Counted from the first letter of the stretch, positions 48,902-62,619 are shown. The stretch is 64,000 bases of DNA from Felis catus (GCF_018350175.1 NC_058383.1:29700001-29764000), one strand, 5' to 3'. The notes: generated by a model not told the origin, from the sequence alone. Program-made: numbers and translations.

Positions 48902-50784
48902 CTGTAGAGCATGACCTTGGTTTGATTTCCCACAGAGGCAGGCCTTCAGGCAAGAGTCGGAATACAAGCGCTATATATACACGAGGTGATCCCAAGAAAC
49001 ATCATTAAAGAGTAACAACATAAAGCAAGGGAAGGGAAGCCAGTAAAAGGTTTAGTATCCCAGGTGGGTCCCTGGGGCCCAATCCCATTAGACATCTCTG
49101 GGAATCAGGGAAGAATACAGACTTGGTGCTATTCAAACCGAAGAGTAGATTCAACTTGTTGGATGAGGGCTGACCTGAGGAAGGAGGGTGGCCTTGATTT
49201 CCTGGCACTTCTGAGAATGGGCATACCATCTTGAATGTAGTAAGGGCTCCGTAAGTAGTAGATATTAATAAAAAAAATGATAAGAAAGTCCACTTTGGAA
49301 ATTGGCAACGTGCGTCAGTTAAGTCAGGCTCTGTGTGAACTTGGGCAAATACTGAACTTCTCTGAACCTCATCAAGACTGTAGTCAGGATTAAATGAGAT
49401 AATCCTTGGCACCAACTACGCATGCCATAAATTTTAATTGCTACTAATACTTGTTGGATTGAAATATGTTCGCATATTGAGCCAGATTCATAAAACTTTT
49501 ATGAAAATTGTGTCTGTTTCTTTTAAAATCCCTGAGCATGTAATAAGATTCTGTAATTAAAATATTCAAGATATCTGAGGGCCAGAGAAGTCAAATATTA
49601 ATGAGTTAAGGAAGAGGAACATGGTCTGATGGTCCCATTCTGTGGGAATGTTACGGAAGTGCCTGGATACCTGTGTCTGAGCACAGAAATGTCCTAATAA
49701 TTAATTTCCAAGGTCTCTGCCACAGGTCTCATTTTTATGGAAGCCAGAAGGCTCAGGAAGTTTGGGACACACTGCTAAAAATCCTCTTGGTATCCTGGAG
49801 ACTTTTCTAACCAGTTTACTTTGACAAACTATTGTCTCGGTACGCTATGGGCCAGTCATTGTTAGAGACCGGAGACAGAGCTCGCTGAGGCAAAGTGTCC
49901 ACCTTCCAGGCATTCCTAGTCTGCATGAGATGTTTTTACCGTGAACCCATGAGCCCAACTAATGCTATTGAAAATAGTGGAGGGAGGTTAACTCTGAGCA
50001 TGAAAGTCAGCAGGGGAAAGGCGTGGGCCTGGAAGGAGGAGGCAGATTTTATAGTCACCAAAGAGAAGAAAGGACAGATTTCCAGCAGAAGAGGGAAACT
50101 TGAAAGAATGCTTAGTGACTGTGCTTTTAGTCCATTAGGAAGGAGACTGGCTCATGTTGCAATGGCGTCGTCTTGCAATGGCGTCTCCCATTTGATTTTG
50201 AACTTTATTGAATTAGCAGTGGAGAGTGATCTGCTGTTTCGGAGCAGAGCACTAACGTGATAAAGTGTTCCGTTAAAAATTCTTCTGGCCCGAGCATGAA
50301 GGATCTTAGGTGGGGAAGAGCGGGAAGCAGGAGAGGGACTGTTCCAGTCAAAGGCCCAGATAAGAGGCTGGAGTTAGAGAAGTATTAGAAGAAACAGAAA
50401 GGTGGGGCCCATGGTGGCCTGAGTCTATTAATAATGAGCTTTTCCCCAGGGGGCAAAAAGGAGAAACAGAGGCAGGGAATGGATAAAATGGTGCGTTTGT
50501 TGCTTGCCAGTTAGATGTCCATCCCACCGTCCCTAGTGGGAGCTACTTTTCCCTTTGAATACTGGGTTTTCTTTGTGGATGGGCTGGCGACTTAATCCTT
50601 TGGCTTGGTCTTTTGGTCAAATTGGTGCTTATGAAAGTTAGTCACATTTGAACATGGATGGAAGAGGGATGATGGAAGGAGAAAACCAACAGGTAGCACA
50701 AAGGCTAGGAAAAGACAGACTCCTTGGAAGGGGGGTTAGTCTAATTAGGAGAGAAAGGTGTGAGAAAATAAAGAGGTGGGTGCT

Positions 50785-51325
50785 TTTTATTAGAAACTTG
50801 AGGTAAAATTCATACAACCTAAAATTAACGTTCACCATTTTAAAGTTTGCAATCCCATGGCATTTAAAACGTTCATAATGTAGGGGCGCCTGGGTGGCGC
50901 AGTCGGTTAAGCGTCCGACTTCAGCCAGGTCACGATCTCGCGGTCCGTGAGTTCGAGCCCCGCATCGGGCTCTGGGCTGATGGCTCAGAGCCTGGAGCCT
51001 GCTTCCAATTCTGTGTCTCCCTCTCTCTCTGCCCCTCCCCCGTTCATGCTCTGTCTCTCTCTGTCTCAAAAATAAATAAACGTTAAAAAAAAAAATAAAA
51101 CGTTCATGAGGTTTTGCAACCACTATCTCTTTCTAGTTCCAAGACATTTTTACCGGCCCAAAAGGAAACCTCACACCCTCATTCCTGTCTCCTCTCACTG
51201 CCCTCCAGGTCCGGAAAACCATTAATCTGCTTTTCGTCTCCGTGGGTTTGCCGAATCTGGGTGTTTCATATACACGGAATCATTGAACACGTGACCCTTT
51301 GTTTCTGGCTTCTTTCACTTTTCAT
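50785..51325 (-). mobile_element. Old L1 3' end (L1MB-like), interrupted by a young SINE
   Basis: 'gaggtaaaattcatacaacctaaaatt', 'tgcaaccactatctct'; homologous to 16800-17065. Confidence 0.8.
50883..51095 (+). mobile_element. Young felid-type Can-SINE (SINEC_Fc-like)
   Basis: GGGGCGCCTGGGTGGCGCAGTCGGTTAAGCGTCCGACTTCAGCCAGG; flanking repeat TAAAACGTTCAT. Confidence 0.96.
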
Positions 51326-51740
51326 CGTGAACCTCAAAGACTGTCATGCTAGGTCATGCCTTTGATAAGGCGGCAGGTAGATAGTAGGTTCCATTTTCAG
51401 GAAATTTGCCTGGAACGCCTTGCCTGGAATGCTTTCTCCTGGCACGAACAGGCCCGTATCTGTGCTCAAGTATCACCTCTCAGAAAACTCACTAGAGGGA
51501 CTGGGAAATGAGCTGAAGAGCAAAGAACAAAGAAGGTCTCAAGAAGGTAGACTTGGGCTGTCAGTGAGAGGGAACTCCCCAAGGTCATGATCAGAAGAAG
51601 CCAACTGATGCTTCATTGATCTCCCTTGTCTCTGCTGGTTTTATCTACTAGATACTCATGCATGTGCATGGAAGGAAACTCTAAGACCCGAAGATCTCTT
51701 GGGGAAGATAGTTCAGACTGTGTTTTAAAATGCATGTTTT

Positions 51741-51946
51741 GGGACACCTGGGTGCCTCAGTTGGTTATGTGACCGACTCTTGGTTTCGACTCAGATCATG
51801 ATCTCGCGGTTGTGAGATCCAACCCTGCATTGGGCTCTGTGCTATCAAGCATGGAGCCTGCTTGTAATTCTCTCTCCCCCTCTATCTGCCCCTCCCCTGC
51901 TCACACTCACTCTCTCTCAAAATAAGTCAATAAACTTAAAAAAAAA
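51741..51946 (+). mobile_element. Can-SINE
   Basis: Typical body; diverged TSD AAATGCA(T/G)GTTT. Confidence 0.93.
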
Positions 51947-51954
51947 TTTAAATG

Positions 51955-52735
51955 CAGGTTTGGTTAATATTTAAGTTCAGCAAAGTCAACAGATCAGGGG
52001 ACAGCTGCCAGTGAAGAGTTAAGTTTGTTATACTTACGGTTCGCTGGAGAGGAAAAATGCCACACCACGGAGAGTCACCCAGGGAAGCAATGAGCTTGGT
52101 TAGGAGGCGAGAGAAGGAGGGGAAAACGTGGGCTGGAGTCTTTACTGGAAGGTTAATCAGGAAGGAAGGGGTGAGGCAGGGTAAGCAGGTTTAGGCTTGG
52201 TTTGTGTGAATAATTTCCACAGGCTCTGGGGTGTAAGGGCTCTTCCTGGCTGTCTGGTACATGGATGGCCCTGGGGGTGATTTGGGCGATGGGAATAGTA
52301 GCCTTGAATGTGAGAGTCCTATAAAGAAGGCATTTGGTGCTATGGGCTCTGGGATAGTCGGTTTGCATGGGAAAAGGTATGTTTTGCAGTTGTTTTCCAT
52401 CTCCAGGAATGAGCTAAATCTGGGAGGGCTGGTCCCTCTAGGGCAGCAGGGCCCTGTGTGCCACAGGATCAAAATATAGAAAATAATTTTTAATATTTTT
52501 TAGTGTTTATTCATTTTTGAGAGACAGAGCACAAGCAGGGGAGGGGCAGAGAGAGAGGGAGACACAGAATCCAAAGCAGGCTCCAGGCTCCGAGCTGTCA
52601 GCACAGAGCCCTACGCAGGGCTCGAACCCACGAAGTCTGAGATCATGACCTGAGTTGAAGTCGGACGCTTCACCGACTGAGCCACCCAGGCACCCTGAAA
52701 TACAGAACATAAAAACACACAGTCAATATCAACAA
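51955..52735 (-). mobile_element. ERVL solo LTR (MER73/MER74-like) with a Can-SINE at 52487-52696
   Basis: Reverse-complement similarity to 23698-24465 ('ggtttgcatgggaaaaggtatg', 'ctgggagggctggtccctct'); SINE TSD AAATA(T/C)AGAA(A/C)ATAA. Confidence 0.65.
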
Positions 52736-53810
52736 TTGCTTATGGCCACTTGGTACCTTGCCTGTTTTTCTGGCCTATTGCTTCCTCTGAGGAGGGTCCC
52801 GCCAGCCCCCAGGAGTTTGGAGGGAAATCAACACGAGGAATTCACAGAAGGTGATAATGGTTTTTGTCTTAAGCACACCTCCGGTCTCCAGTGAGCCTTG
52901 GTGCAGTGCACCAAATATGCTTGGTACAGAGATGCTCTCTTTCTGCCTGAGGGCTTTTCAGGGCTCCTGGAACCTTGGGAGCTGTTTATTTAGTGTTTCT
53001 TCATTTAGGGGAGATTGCTCTTTCACAAACTGCCTCATGGTGGTGGCTGTGTCTCTTTCATCTGATTAGTCCTGCTTCTTGGAGACATTCAACGCTGGTT
53101 TTTTTTTTTTTTTTCCCCTCCCTATCGTACCATATGTTTTTCCTTTGAGTCTGTAGTATTTTGTGCTCAGATTCTGGAACTGTGATGTGGCATTTCTCTC
53201 CTGACGATTTCCTAGCAGGTGGCTTATCTCAGCAGCTGGTAATGGCAGGGGATGGCGTTTTAGGGAGAAATCAGGTAATGCCGATCTCTGTGTGTTTGTA
53301 GATCCCTCTTTGGGTTCGCGTCCGGAACGATTCCTTTCCCGTGTTTACTGTCCTATCAGGTGTCACATGTGCCAGCATCGGCTGTTGCATGGACATCTGT
53401 TCAGGGAATGCTATATCTGTCTGTCCGTGACAGAGACACTGGGGCTTTCTGGGGAGTCGAACTCATATTTAAAAGATGGTAATCGGAACATTTATTGGGT
53501 CCTACTGTGTGCCAGACATTGTGCTAAGGATGTTCCATACACTGACTAATTTATTCTGCCCAACAGCCATTTCAGGTAAGTAAATTATTATCCCCATTTT
53601 ACAGATGAGAAAACCAAGACCAAGAGCCTTGGTTAAGGCTGCAGAGATTTGGACCCACATCTGTCTGATTCCAGGGTCGTATTTACCACTTGGATTAGGT
53701 CACAGTATGCTTGGGAGGATTCAGAGACTTCTGTGTTGGTGATTTGTGCATGTTCTTCTTTACCTAATAAAATTCTGGGAATTCCCACCCACCCCCCCCC
53801 CCACACACAC

Positions 53811-53917
53811 TTTTTTAAAAGTTTATTTATTTATTTTGAGAGACAGAGAATCCCAAGCAGGCTCTGCACTTTCACTGTGGAGCCTGACGCGTGGCTCGAA
53901 CCCACAAACTGCGAGAC
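53811..53917 (-). mobile_element. 5'-truncated Can-SINE
   Basis: Tail plus 3' half only. Confidence 0.8.
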
Positions 53918-56900
53918 TTCATCTTCCTCTAATTTATTCGACTTTTTTTCTTGAGATGTTCGGCGCCCTCCAGGCCACTCCTTCTCTTGATACTAGGGTA
54001 CAAGTGAATGAAGCCTTAAGATACTGCTTTACAGGAGTATTTAAATTTTAACTACACTTGAAACCTCAGTTAAAGAGGTAAAGCTCTGAAGGCGGGCTCT
54101 CAGGCATTTTCCATTAATTTATTCAACAAATGCTCCCTGAGTGTTTACCTTGTCCCAGGCACTGCACAAGGCTCTGAGGACACAGAGGTACAGACGAGGT
54201 GGCCTCGTCCCTTAAGAAGCTCCCAAGGTTGGAGGCGAGACAGGCGTATAAACTACCATGATACCCTGAAGAACACTTTCATGGCGGGACAATCATGGTG
54301 TTGTGGGAGCAGGGCTGGCAGCTGCTGACTAACACTGATAGGAGTAAAGAGGATAGTCCTGGGAAAGGGACATTTGAAGCATTGAAACACCGAGTGGGCA
54401 AAATAAAATTAGGCCTTCCAGGTAGAGCGATGAGCGTGTGTGTCATGGGGACGAGATTTTTTTAAAAATGTGTGAGTGTTCCCAGCTCTTCTCACCTCCC
54501 TCCTCTGCCATCATGTTAAAGAGCATTGAGTCCTTGCCAGTCCAGTCACCTCCACACTCTTCGGGATGAGAAATGGGGGGACGGGGAAAGAGGAAGACAG
54601 GGCTCTAGGTGGCAGGACAGGATTCTTCCTTGAAGGAGAAAGGAAGAGGAGGGGAGAGGAAGTCAGAAAGGCAACAGATAAGGAGTAGACAGAACATGGG
54701 GAGAGGACAGAAGAAGAATTTATTTTTAGTGTGGAGGTTGGGCAGAGTTTTCCGGCAGGTTGGCAAGAGAGGGGATCTGGAGATGTGTTGAGGCGAGAGA
54801 AATTGGAGGGGAGGAAACGGTGGTGTGAGAAATCTGGCTGAGCTTTATGACTTGGCTCATTACATGGAATATTACATGTTCTCCAAGAGACCCAAGTGCA
54901 GAATGCAATTGCTTTGGCTGCCAGATTGTGCTTCACTATATATGACCCCACGTGGGGCCTGAGCCCCCTGGACCCTCAGAATTTATTTGGGTTACATGTA
55001 CAAGTACTAAAAATCATTCAGTAACATGGTTCATAGATGGAAAAGGATTTTGGTTGGTGGTGGTGCATTTCATCAACCGACACATACTAATGGTTCCTTT
55101 AATGGTGGGAAATAATCACCACCATTTTGAATTTGAATTTGTTCATTCATTCAACAAATAGTTATTGAACACCTGCCATGTGTCTGATCCATTTTAGTGC
55201 ATGTAGTTTATCATTCTGCACTCTAAAGGGTACCAGCAAAGGGAAAGAAGGGATGGTCAGTCTCCAATGGGAGGAGTTACTGTCAGATGGTTTTAATTTC
55301 CTCTGGGAAGGAAACCTAAGTTTTGGCTACTCATTGGAAATTCTTTACGTTTCCAGTCTATGTTACTTCTGTTTAGATTACAAAAATTATATCCATTAAG
55401 CACTTACTATGTGTCACTGTTTTCCATACAAAAATATGAAAAATATTTCATTCTCATGCTTAAGGAATTTACAGATTAGTGGGAGAGACACAGGAGAACA
55501 TGAAATTTCACTATAACATGGTAGAAACAAGGACAGAAGTAGGCACACAGGGGAACCTGCTGTGGGAACACAGGGGAAAGGCACTTAGCTTTTCGGGGGT
55601 GTTCATGGAAGGCTTCCTGGAGGAAAAGATGCTTGGGCTGAGTATTGAGACATGTGCAGGGATTGGTCAGGTAACAAAGGTGTGTGTGTATGGGTATCCC
55701 TGGCAACAGAACCAGCAAGGGTAAGGTCATGGGAATATGGAATAGCACATGTGTGGAGAGCTTCACAGAGTCTGTTATTCATGGGACTTCATTCAGCATT
55801 TATTGAGTGTCGACAATATGGCATTACAATGTAGGGTATATAATACGACACTAGAATATGGTATCTGTGATCTATCAATTGGGTATTCTTTATCTTTCAT
55901 GTCTATAAATATATAGACGAAAATATTTGCAATGGTGTTACAAGCAATGTAATGATAATGCAAGTCTCTACAAGGCAAGTTTTTTACAATTTCTTTTTTT
56001 GTGAGTGAATGACACTGCAATTCATTTATCAACAGTGGCAAAATGTGTCCACACTCCTCAGTCCTGCCCTGCAATGCGGTTGACCACCAAAAAAAAAAAA
56101 AAGTTCTGAATCTATTCATTTCACACTGTGTGCATGTGACAGGGATTGCGAACTCAATACTTGAAAGGTCCATGCAGGTAATATCAATGAGTAGAGTGGG
56201 CTGAGTGGATCCTGGGATGAGATAGAAAGTTCCAGAATGCCACAGTGGGCAGTCATCTCTCAGTTTGCCTTGATTTTCTAGAGAAGTTGGAAACACAGAT
56301 TTTTTTTTAATGTAAAATCTCCTTTTAAATGCTGGCAACTAACTCAAATAAAAATAATATTGCGGGTCCATCAAGACACATCTGTGGGCTCCCTGTGGGC
56401 CCAGGAGCTGGCAGGTGGGGACCACTGACATAAATAATGTGAACAGAGGGAACTCTGTGGTCTTATTGGCACAGCTGACTCAGGGCTGTGAGGACGCGCC
56501 CTACAGCTGGGTGAAGGTGAGGAAAATTCATTTCTTTCTCCGTTGGGGGTGGGATTTAGCAGCGGAATCACCGGGCGCACCTGATCACAGGGGTTTGTCA
56601 CTGCGTGCGTCTGAGCCCGTGAAGACAGATTGGGGTTTCTCCTCTTTGGCGTATTTCTTCTTGTTATTTAGGAAAGGAACCAATGGGACGGAAGGCCTGA
56701 AAAGATTTATGGGCAAGGAGGGGCTCAGCATCTCTCCCCCACCTCTGTCACGAGACGCGAAGACGGGTGGGGGCTTGGTTTCCTCTTTTCTTTCAGGATC
56801 TGGTGATGGGAGGAGGCCATAAGCAGTCGGCTCTCTGTGGCTTTAATAGGGCCTCGCGGGGTGCATCTGCCTGTGATGTAATTTCCAAGTCAAATCCCAC

Positions 56901-59361
56901 TCCCTTCTTGAGCTGCCCATCTGGTAATTGCAGGACACTCTCTATCTTTCATGAGCCACTAAACCGTGGAGGGAGGGTTAAAGAGAGATGGTAGAGGGAG
57001 AGGTGCGTGCCTGAGCCCAAGGGCTGCCTTGCCTCCCTTACCTCATTCACAGGTTCCTTCATGAGCTCCTGTGAGGTCTGGGCTCCATGGCAGGAGCTGG
57101 GGGTATGACGGTGGTCGTGACCGGCACGGTTTTTGCTCTCAGACAGTTTTTGCTCTATTTGGGAGAGCAGGTATTTTTTCAGAAACCGGTATGTGCTTCT
57201 AAGAAAGCAAAGCAGATAGAATGCACACGGGGACTGTGAGCATGAGTGATTTGGGTGGGTCTGGGGAGGGCCCTCTGAACAGCTGACAGCAGCAGGCGAT
57301 GAGGTTGGAGAGACAAGCAAGGAGTGGATCATGCAAGCAAGCAGTGGATCATGGTTTGAGATCCCAATTCCTTTCCAAGCGTGATGAGTCCCCAAGTTAT
57401 AATCAGGGGAGTGGTGTACTCTTACTTGGGTTTTAAAACGATCATGTCGGCCACTGTTTGGGTAAGGAGTTTGCTGAGAACTGAACTGTGTCTGCTCCCC
57501 CACCAATTCGTATGTTGAAGTGCTAACCCCCAGTGTGATGGTCCTGAAGGTGGGAGGCTATTAGGTTTGGGGACCTCAGGGAACTTGACCAGGTTTACCA
57601 GCTAGTAAGTGACAGAGCTGCGACTTGAGCCCAGGTGAACCTAAGTCCGGATTCGATTCCCTTCCCCTAATACATAGCACACGCTCCATAGCCTCCTGAT
57701 GAAGAGCCCAGACTAGGGAATCGAATGCCTTAGTCTGGATTCTGCTTTGCTACACACGGACTCACGCAGAATGTCTCTGTGCCTCAGTTTTCTAATCTGT
57801 GAAATGGGGTGGTAACAGTTCCTCCCCCTTAGAATTGCAGTAAAGATCAAATGAGTTGCTCCTATGAAGCACTTAGAACACCGCCAGGCACATATAGGCC
57901 GTATGCACGTTTGCTAAATAAATACAAGAAAGGAAAGTAATGTCCAGCTCTAGCAGCCTTGACCCTTAGGTCCTGGAGGGAATTACATGATGTCGTGTGT
58001 CAGACACTTGGTAGACCTACGTCTTCATTTTCCTAGGTCACCCATCAGCCCCTCTGGGTTGCCCATGGATGGCTTTTGAGCACTGAATGCAGCTTCCTCC
58101 TCTCTTCTATGTAGGTGGGTCCCAGAAATAGACCAGAGAGGTCCTGGAACAAAGAGGCAAAATTCAGTGATATGTACGTGTGACGATGAATGGAGACACA
58201 TTAATTGTCACAGCTGGGGTGGTATGGCACTGACATCAAGTGGGTAGAGACCAGGGATGCTGCTAAACACCCTGATGACGCGAGGACAGGAAACTATCCA
58301 GCCACCATGTCAGTGGCAGCAGAGATCGAGACTATCCCCACCAAATCTGACCTTGGCTTGACATCACAAGATGGCCGTTTTTAAAATGCATTGGGTCTTT
58401 CTTGAGATACACAGTCATTAGAAATCAACAAGCTTGAAAAACCCCGTGAAGGCTCTCTGCTCCCAGGTGAGGCTCTTTGAGCCGACCGAGCACCTCTCGG
58501 TGTGTCTTCTTTTAGTAGAAAATTTACAGAAGAGAGTTGGTGGGAGTCAAAAATCCATCAGCTCTCATTTTACCAGGCATTTAGGAAAATAACTTTTCTC
58601 CTGCAGAAGAAATTGCATGAATTATATTAAAATCGGCGCTAAGGTAATAAAATTACATGCTCAGGACTCTTCTAAAAAATCTCCTTTGTCTGGCAGGGTA
58701 ATTTGAGGGTGGGGAAGACAATCTCCCAGCTGCCACACTTCCACACAAAGATGGAACAGAGGAAATTGGCTCAACCCTGCTCTCGCTGCGTGTAGCATTC
58801 TGTGAAATTCCAATTTTTCTTTTACATCTGCAGATTTAATCATAAGGCAAACTTCCTGATGCAGATCCACAAGAAGAAGAATTTGTTTGTTTGTTTAATG
58901 CGTAAGAGGAGAAACTTCAAATCACCAAACGGATGGCCATGCCTGAGACCAGGGTAGACACCTTGGCACAGAGCAGAAATGGACTCTGATGTCATGTGAA
59001 TCGTCCTCATTCTGGGTGTCGGTGCTCTACTGGTTTGAAAGGACATGTATAGAAATGCACGTGTGATGAGAGAAAAACTCTTCCGCTTCTAGTGCAGTGA
59101 TAATTTTTAGCTCCCAAGGGGTGGGGGGGAAGTCCTTGCTTTAATGTATGAGAAAATGAAAAGGAGGAGAGAAAAGGACATCTGTTCTTAAGATTCCCGG
59201 TAAAGGCTGAGAGGCGCGGTTGATACCCTGATGTGCTGACCAAGGCCAGGTGGAATGAGGCTGGTGGAGAAGGAGAGGATGCTCGATGGAGTCCCAAGAG
59301 GGCGGACTCCGGAGCCAGAAGCCCCAGCTTGTGTGAGCAGCGGGGGGTTTGAGATTTTACA

Positions 59362-59560
59362 ACAGTGGATCTCAACCGGGGGGGTCATTTGGCAACATCT
59401 GGACACGTGTCTGGTTGTCCCGTGTGGTGGGAGGGCTCTGCTGGCATCTCGCGCGCGTGAAGGCCACGGGTACTGCTAAATATCCTGCGGCTCGTGGATC
59501 AGCCCCCACCCGAAGACCTACCTGGTCCAAGATACCAATAAAGCCCAAGTTGAGGCACTG
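59362..59560. mobile_element. hAT-Charlie MITE (MER20-like)
   Basis: CAGTGGATCTCAACC / AGTTGAGGCACTG ends; 'catttggcaacatctggac', 'ctgctaaatatcct'. Related pieces at ~11142-11210, 32503-32670, 58180-58330. Confidence 0.75.
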
Positions 59561-59764
59561 TTCCTGTGTTTCCATTCCTTCATCCGTAACATGGGAGTAG
59601 ATGCCGCAGAGCTCTTCACCTGGTCGCTCTAGATATTAAAGTTGGCAGTCTGTGCGGGGGCACTCTCTACAAGGGGTGGCCGTATGCACGGAGGATTGAG
59701 ATCTCTAGGACCACCCCAAATTTTATTTCTCTACCTCATCCACCGTGGTCCCAGAGCTCTTCCG

Positions 59765-60285
59765 AATATGTAAATCTGACCCGCCTCTTCTCTCCTTAAA
59801 AGCTCTTTGTGGTTGTCCAGGGACTCCTGTTGTTGACCCAAAATGACCTTTGCAGCCTCGTGCTTCAACCCTGCCCCTCCCCACTGTAACCTCCTCCTGG
59901 AATGCAATACGTGCATTACGCCCTCTCCCACCTCCACACCTTTGCATCCTTTCCTGAAACTATCCATCACGCTGCCTCACTCAGTCAGCTCCTGGCTGGT
60001 TCCAATGGCCTCAGCCTCCATGTCACCTCCTCCAGGAAGTCCTCCTTTACTGCTTCGCAGGAGAGAAGGTACCCACCATCTGTGTTCACGAGGTGCCTTC
60101 ACGCTTCCCCCATCCCAGAGCACGTAATCCCGTATTGCAACCGCCTTTGAAAATTTTCTGTCTTCTCCTCCAGGCTGCGAATATCTCACTCGCTGTCGTG
60201 TTCTCAGTGCCAGTAAGGTACTTGACCGCCTCCAGTACCACTGAGTAAATATTTGTTGAGTGAGCCAATGAATAAACGAATCAAT
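59765..60285 (+). mobile_element. L2 3' end
   Basis: 'tgtcacctcctccaggaagtcctcc'; ends 'taaatatttgttgagtga...aatgaataaa'. Other L2-like pieces at ~43060-43440, 54115-54420, 55400-55750, 57050-57430. Confidence 0.7.
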
Positions 60286-60597
60286 GAGATCTTCGAACCT
60301 AGCTGCTTCCAGCTGAAAATAACTCAATTTGATTGATCTCTCTTCTCCTTCCGTGGGTCACTCTGTTACGGTTATGCTAGTGGACGATGGTCCACAGGGA
60401 GAAGGTTGTTCAGAGCAGCAGGGCAGAAGGTTGAGATACTCTTTAACCTTGACCAACAGCCCTGAATAATACAGAGAGAAGTGTCCTTGCATGAAAATAA
60501 CCTTTTTTGCCTCTAGCGTGAATTAACAGCTATTTTCTGGAAAGTATATTAGTCAGGAAGGGATGAGAACTTGGTGAGTTGCCAGTAGCTCTGAGAC

Positions 60598-60598
<1 letters not shown>

Positions 60599-60631
<33 letters not shown>

Positions 60632-60776
60632 TGCATGTACGTGTGCATGTGTGGTATGTGTGTGTTTGTATTCCAGACAATTTTTCACCTGTGTGTGTGT
60701 GTGTGTGTGTGTTTGTATTCCAGACAATTTTTCACCTGTGTGTGTGTGTGTGTGTGTATTACAGACAATTTTTCCT
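60599..60776. repeat. (TG)n microsatellite nested in a 41-47 bp tandem repeat
   Basis: (TG)n + 'tatt(c/a)cagacaatttttc' three times (CAGACAATTT at 60674, 60721, 60762). Confidence 0.92.
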
Positions 60777-62436
60777 CATATGTCCATATGAATTTCACTT
60801 TCTTTGCTACATAATTACACTTGGGGAGGACAGGACAACCTCTACTCTGTCTCAGAGAGCCCTGGCCGTATTTCGGCGTATCTCGTCAAAGTGCTTGATG
60901 AAGAAGTCTTCCAGGTAACTCTCTCCCCCCATAAGGATGTGCGGTGCCCCCGTTTTTACAAATGAGTCAACTGAATATTCTCCAAGAGGGTAACTGTGTC
61001 CATATAGCAAGTTAGCAACAAAACCAGGACTCGGAAAAAAAAAAATGGCATAGCTTCATTGGAGACAAATTATAGAAGCTGAGATGTCTTTAAATTTAGA
61101 AAACAAAGTTAGCTCCTGCCAGAATCGCAAGGCAGTTCTGACGTCTTCTGAAAGCCTCTTCTCCCATCCAATTTTATTCTTAAAGTAGGAAGCAAAAGCT
61201 CGCAGGGACACTCTGGTGCGTCTCCCCTTCCATTTATCAGTATTTTTTTTTTGCCTCTCATTATACTCATGGCCTAGTTTTCTCCGGCTCTTTAGATGTC
61301 AATGAGCATCTTACGCTAGGTATTGTCCTTGAAACTTTTTGAAGTTCTTTAGGCATTATGAACAAGGTCTGAAACCCCAGCTGAGTGCCACCGACTACTT
61401 TGGCTCTGCTCTATTTCCTTAAGAAATCTAAAGGACGGCATTCCCATCTTCCGAAGCAGACAACGGAGGAAGAAAGGCCGCCTTCATACTGAGCACCTGC
61501 CCCCCCCTCCCCCCTTTCTCGGAGGCAGCAGAGAGATTGCTAAAACGGATTTTTATTGTGCAAGAGGCTGCTGTCTTCTACCGACAGAAAGCAGTCTGGT
61601 AGCTTTGGAAGCAAGGAGCACGATTTGGGGGAGGCAAGACCACTGGTGCCGGAGCCTGCAGGGGGAGGAGTGAACGTTCTGCATCATAATTCCAGGCTGC
61701 GCTGGATGGGGGAGCAGAAGCCAGCCTGCCAGAGCTTCCTGCATCCTGGGCGCGTGGCACAGGGATGCTGGATTCTGTCTTTGGATCCAGATCTCGGGGT
61801 TACTTGTGGGGCTTCCCAAAGGGGACCCGACTGGGTCTGTGTCTTTTCTTCTCCTCTGGGCTTTAACCAACCCAGTGTCATACATGATTAGCAATTCTCA
61901 GCAGATTCCCTTGAAGCTGTTTTGGCATCTTACAGGGTTGGAGGAGAAGACGGAGGGGTTTGAGCTCCAAGGTTTGGAAGGGAGTGTGTTATGCTGAGCG
62001 TTTGCTCCTGAGTGGGTGCTGTGGGTTCAGGCAATCTAATTTAAGGGACTCCAAGAAGACCCACTCGAGCCCCAAAATACCACCCCTCCAGACTTTGAAA
62101 ATGTCAGCTTTAGCGTCTGTCCCTACACATCCATCACATCTTTCCACAACTTCCTGTGAGGGGGCAACACGTTAAGTCTGTGCCGCTGCCACGTGGGTGG
62201 TTTCCTCTGGGCAGCTTTTCCCCCTGACTGTGTATAGGGGGCGATGGGGGGAGGCACCCAAGCCAAGAGATGCAGGGGAGTGGCCGTCACTGCTTGTGGC
62301 CCTTGGAAACTCCTTCAGCTGCCTCTGGGTTTCTTTGACCACACCAATATGTATAACCAGGGCTGGTGTTTCAACAAGTTGGAGGAATACGCAAGGTTGT
62401 ATTCCTTTTACCATTCAACGTTTTAAAAGCGGGGAA

Positions 62437-62619
62437 TTCCGACTTCAGGTCACGATCTCACGGTCCGTGAGTTCGAGCCCCGCGCCGGGCTCTGGGCTGA
62501 TGATGGCCCAGAGCCTGGGGCCTGCTTCCGATTCTGTGTCTCCCTCTCTCTCTGACCCTCCCCCGTTCATGCTCTGCCTCTCTCTCTCTCAAAAATAAAT
62601 AAACATTAAAAAAAAAAAA
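62437..62619 (+). mobile_element. 5'-truncated young Can-SINE
   Basis: Perfect TSD AAAAGCGGGGAA (62425-62436 / 62616-62627) at a TTTT/AAAA site. Confidence 0.94.

Noticed and set aside
55793..56338. 181-aa minus-strand ORF, possible endogenous viral element or retrocopy
   Set aside because: No recognisable domain; it crosses a poly-T run and probable MER102-like DNA transposon sequence; no TSD found. A BLASTX search would settle it.
6400..62400. Other supplied ORFs of 60-187 aa outside L1
   Set aside because: No recognisable protein families; many derive from SINE, LTR or microsatellite sequence; no consistent exon chain.
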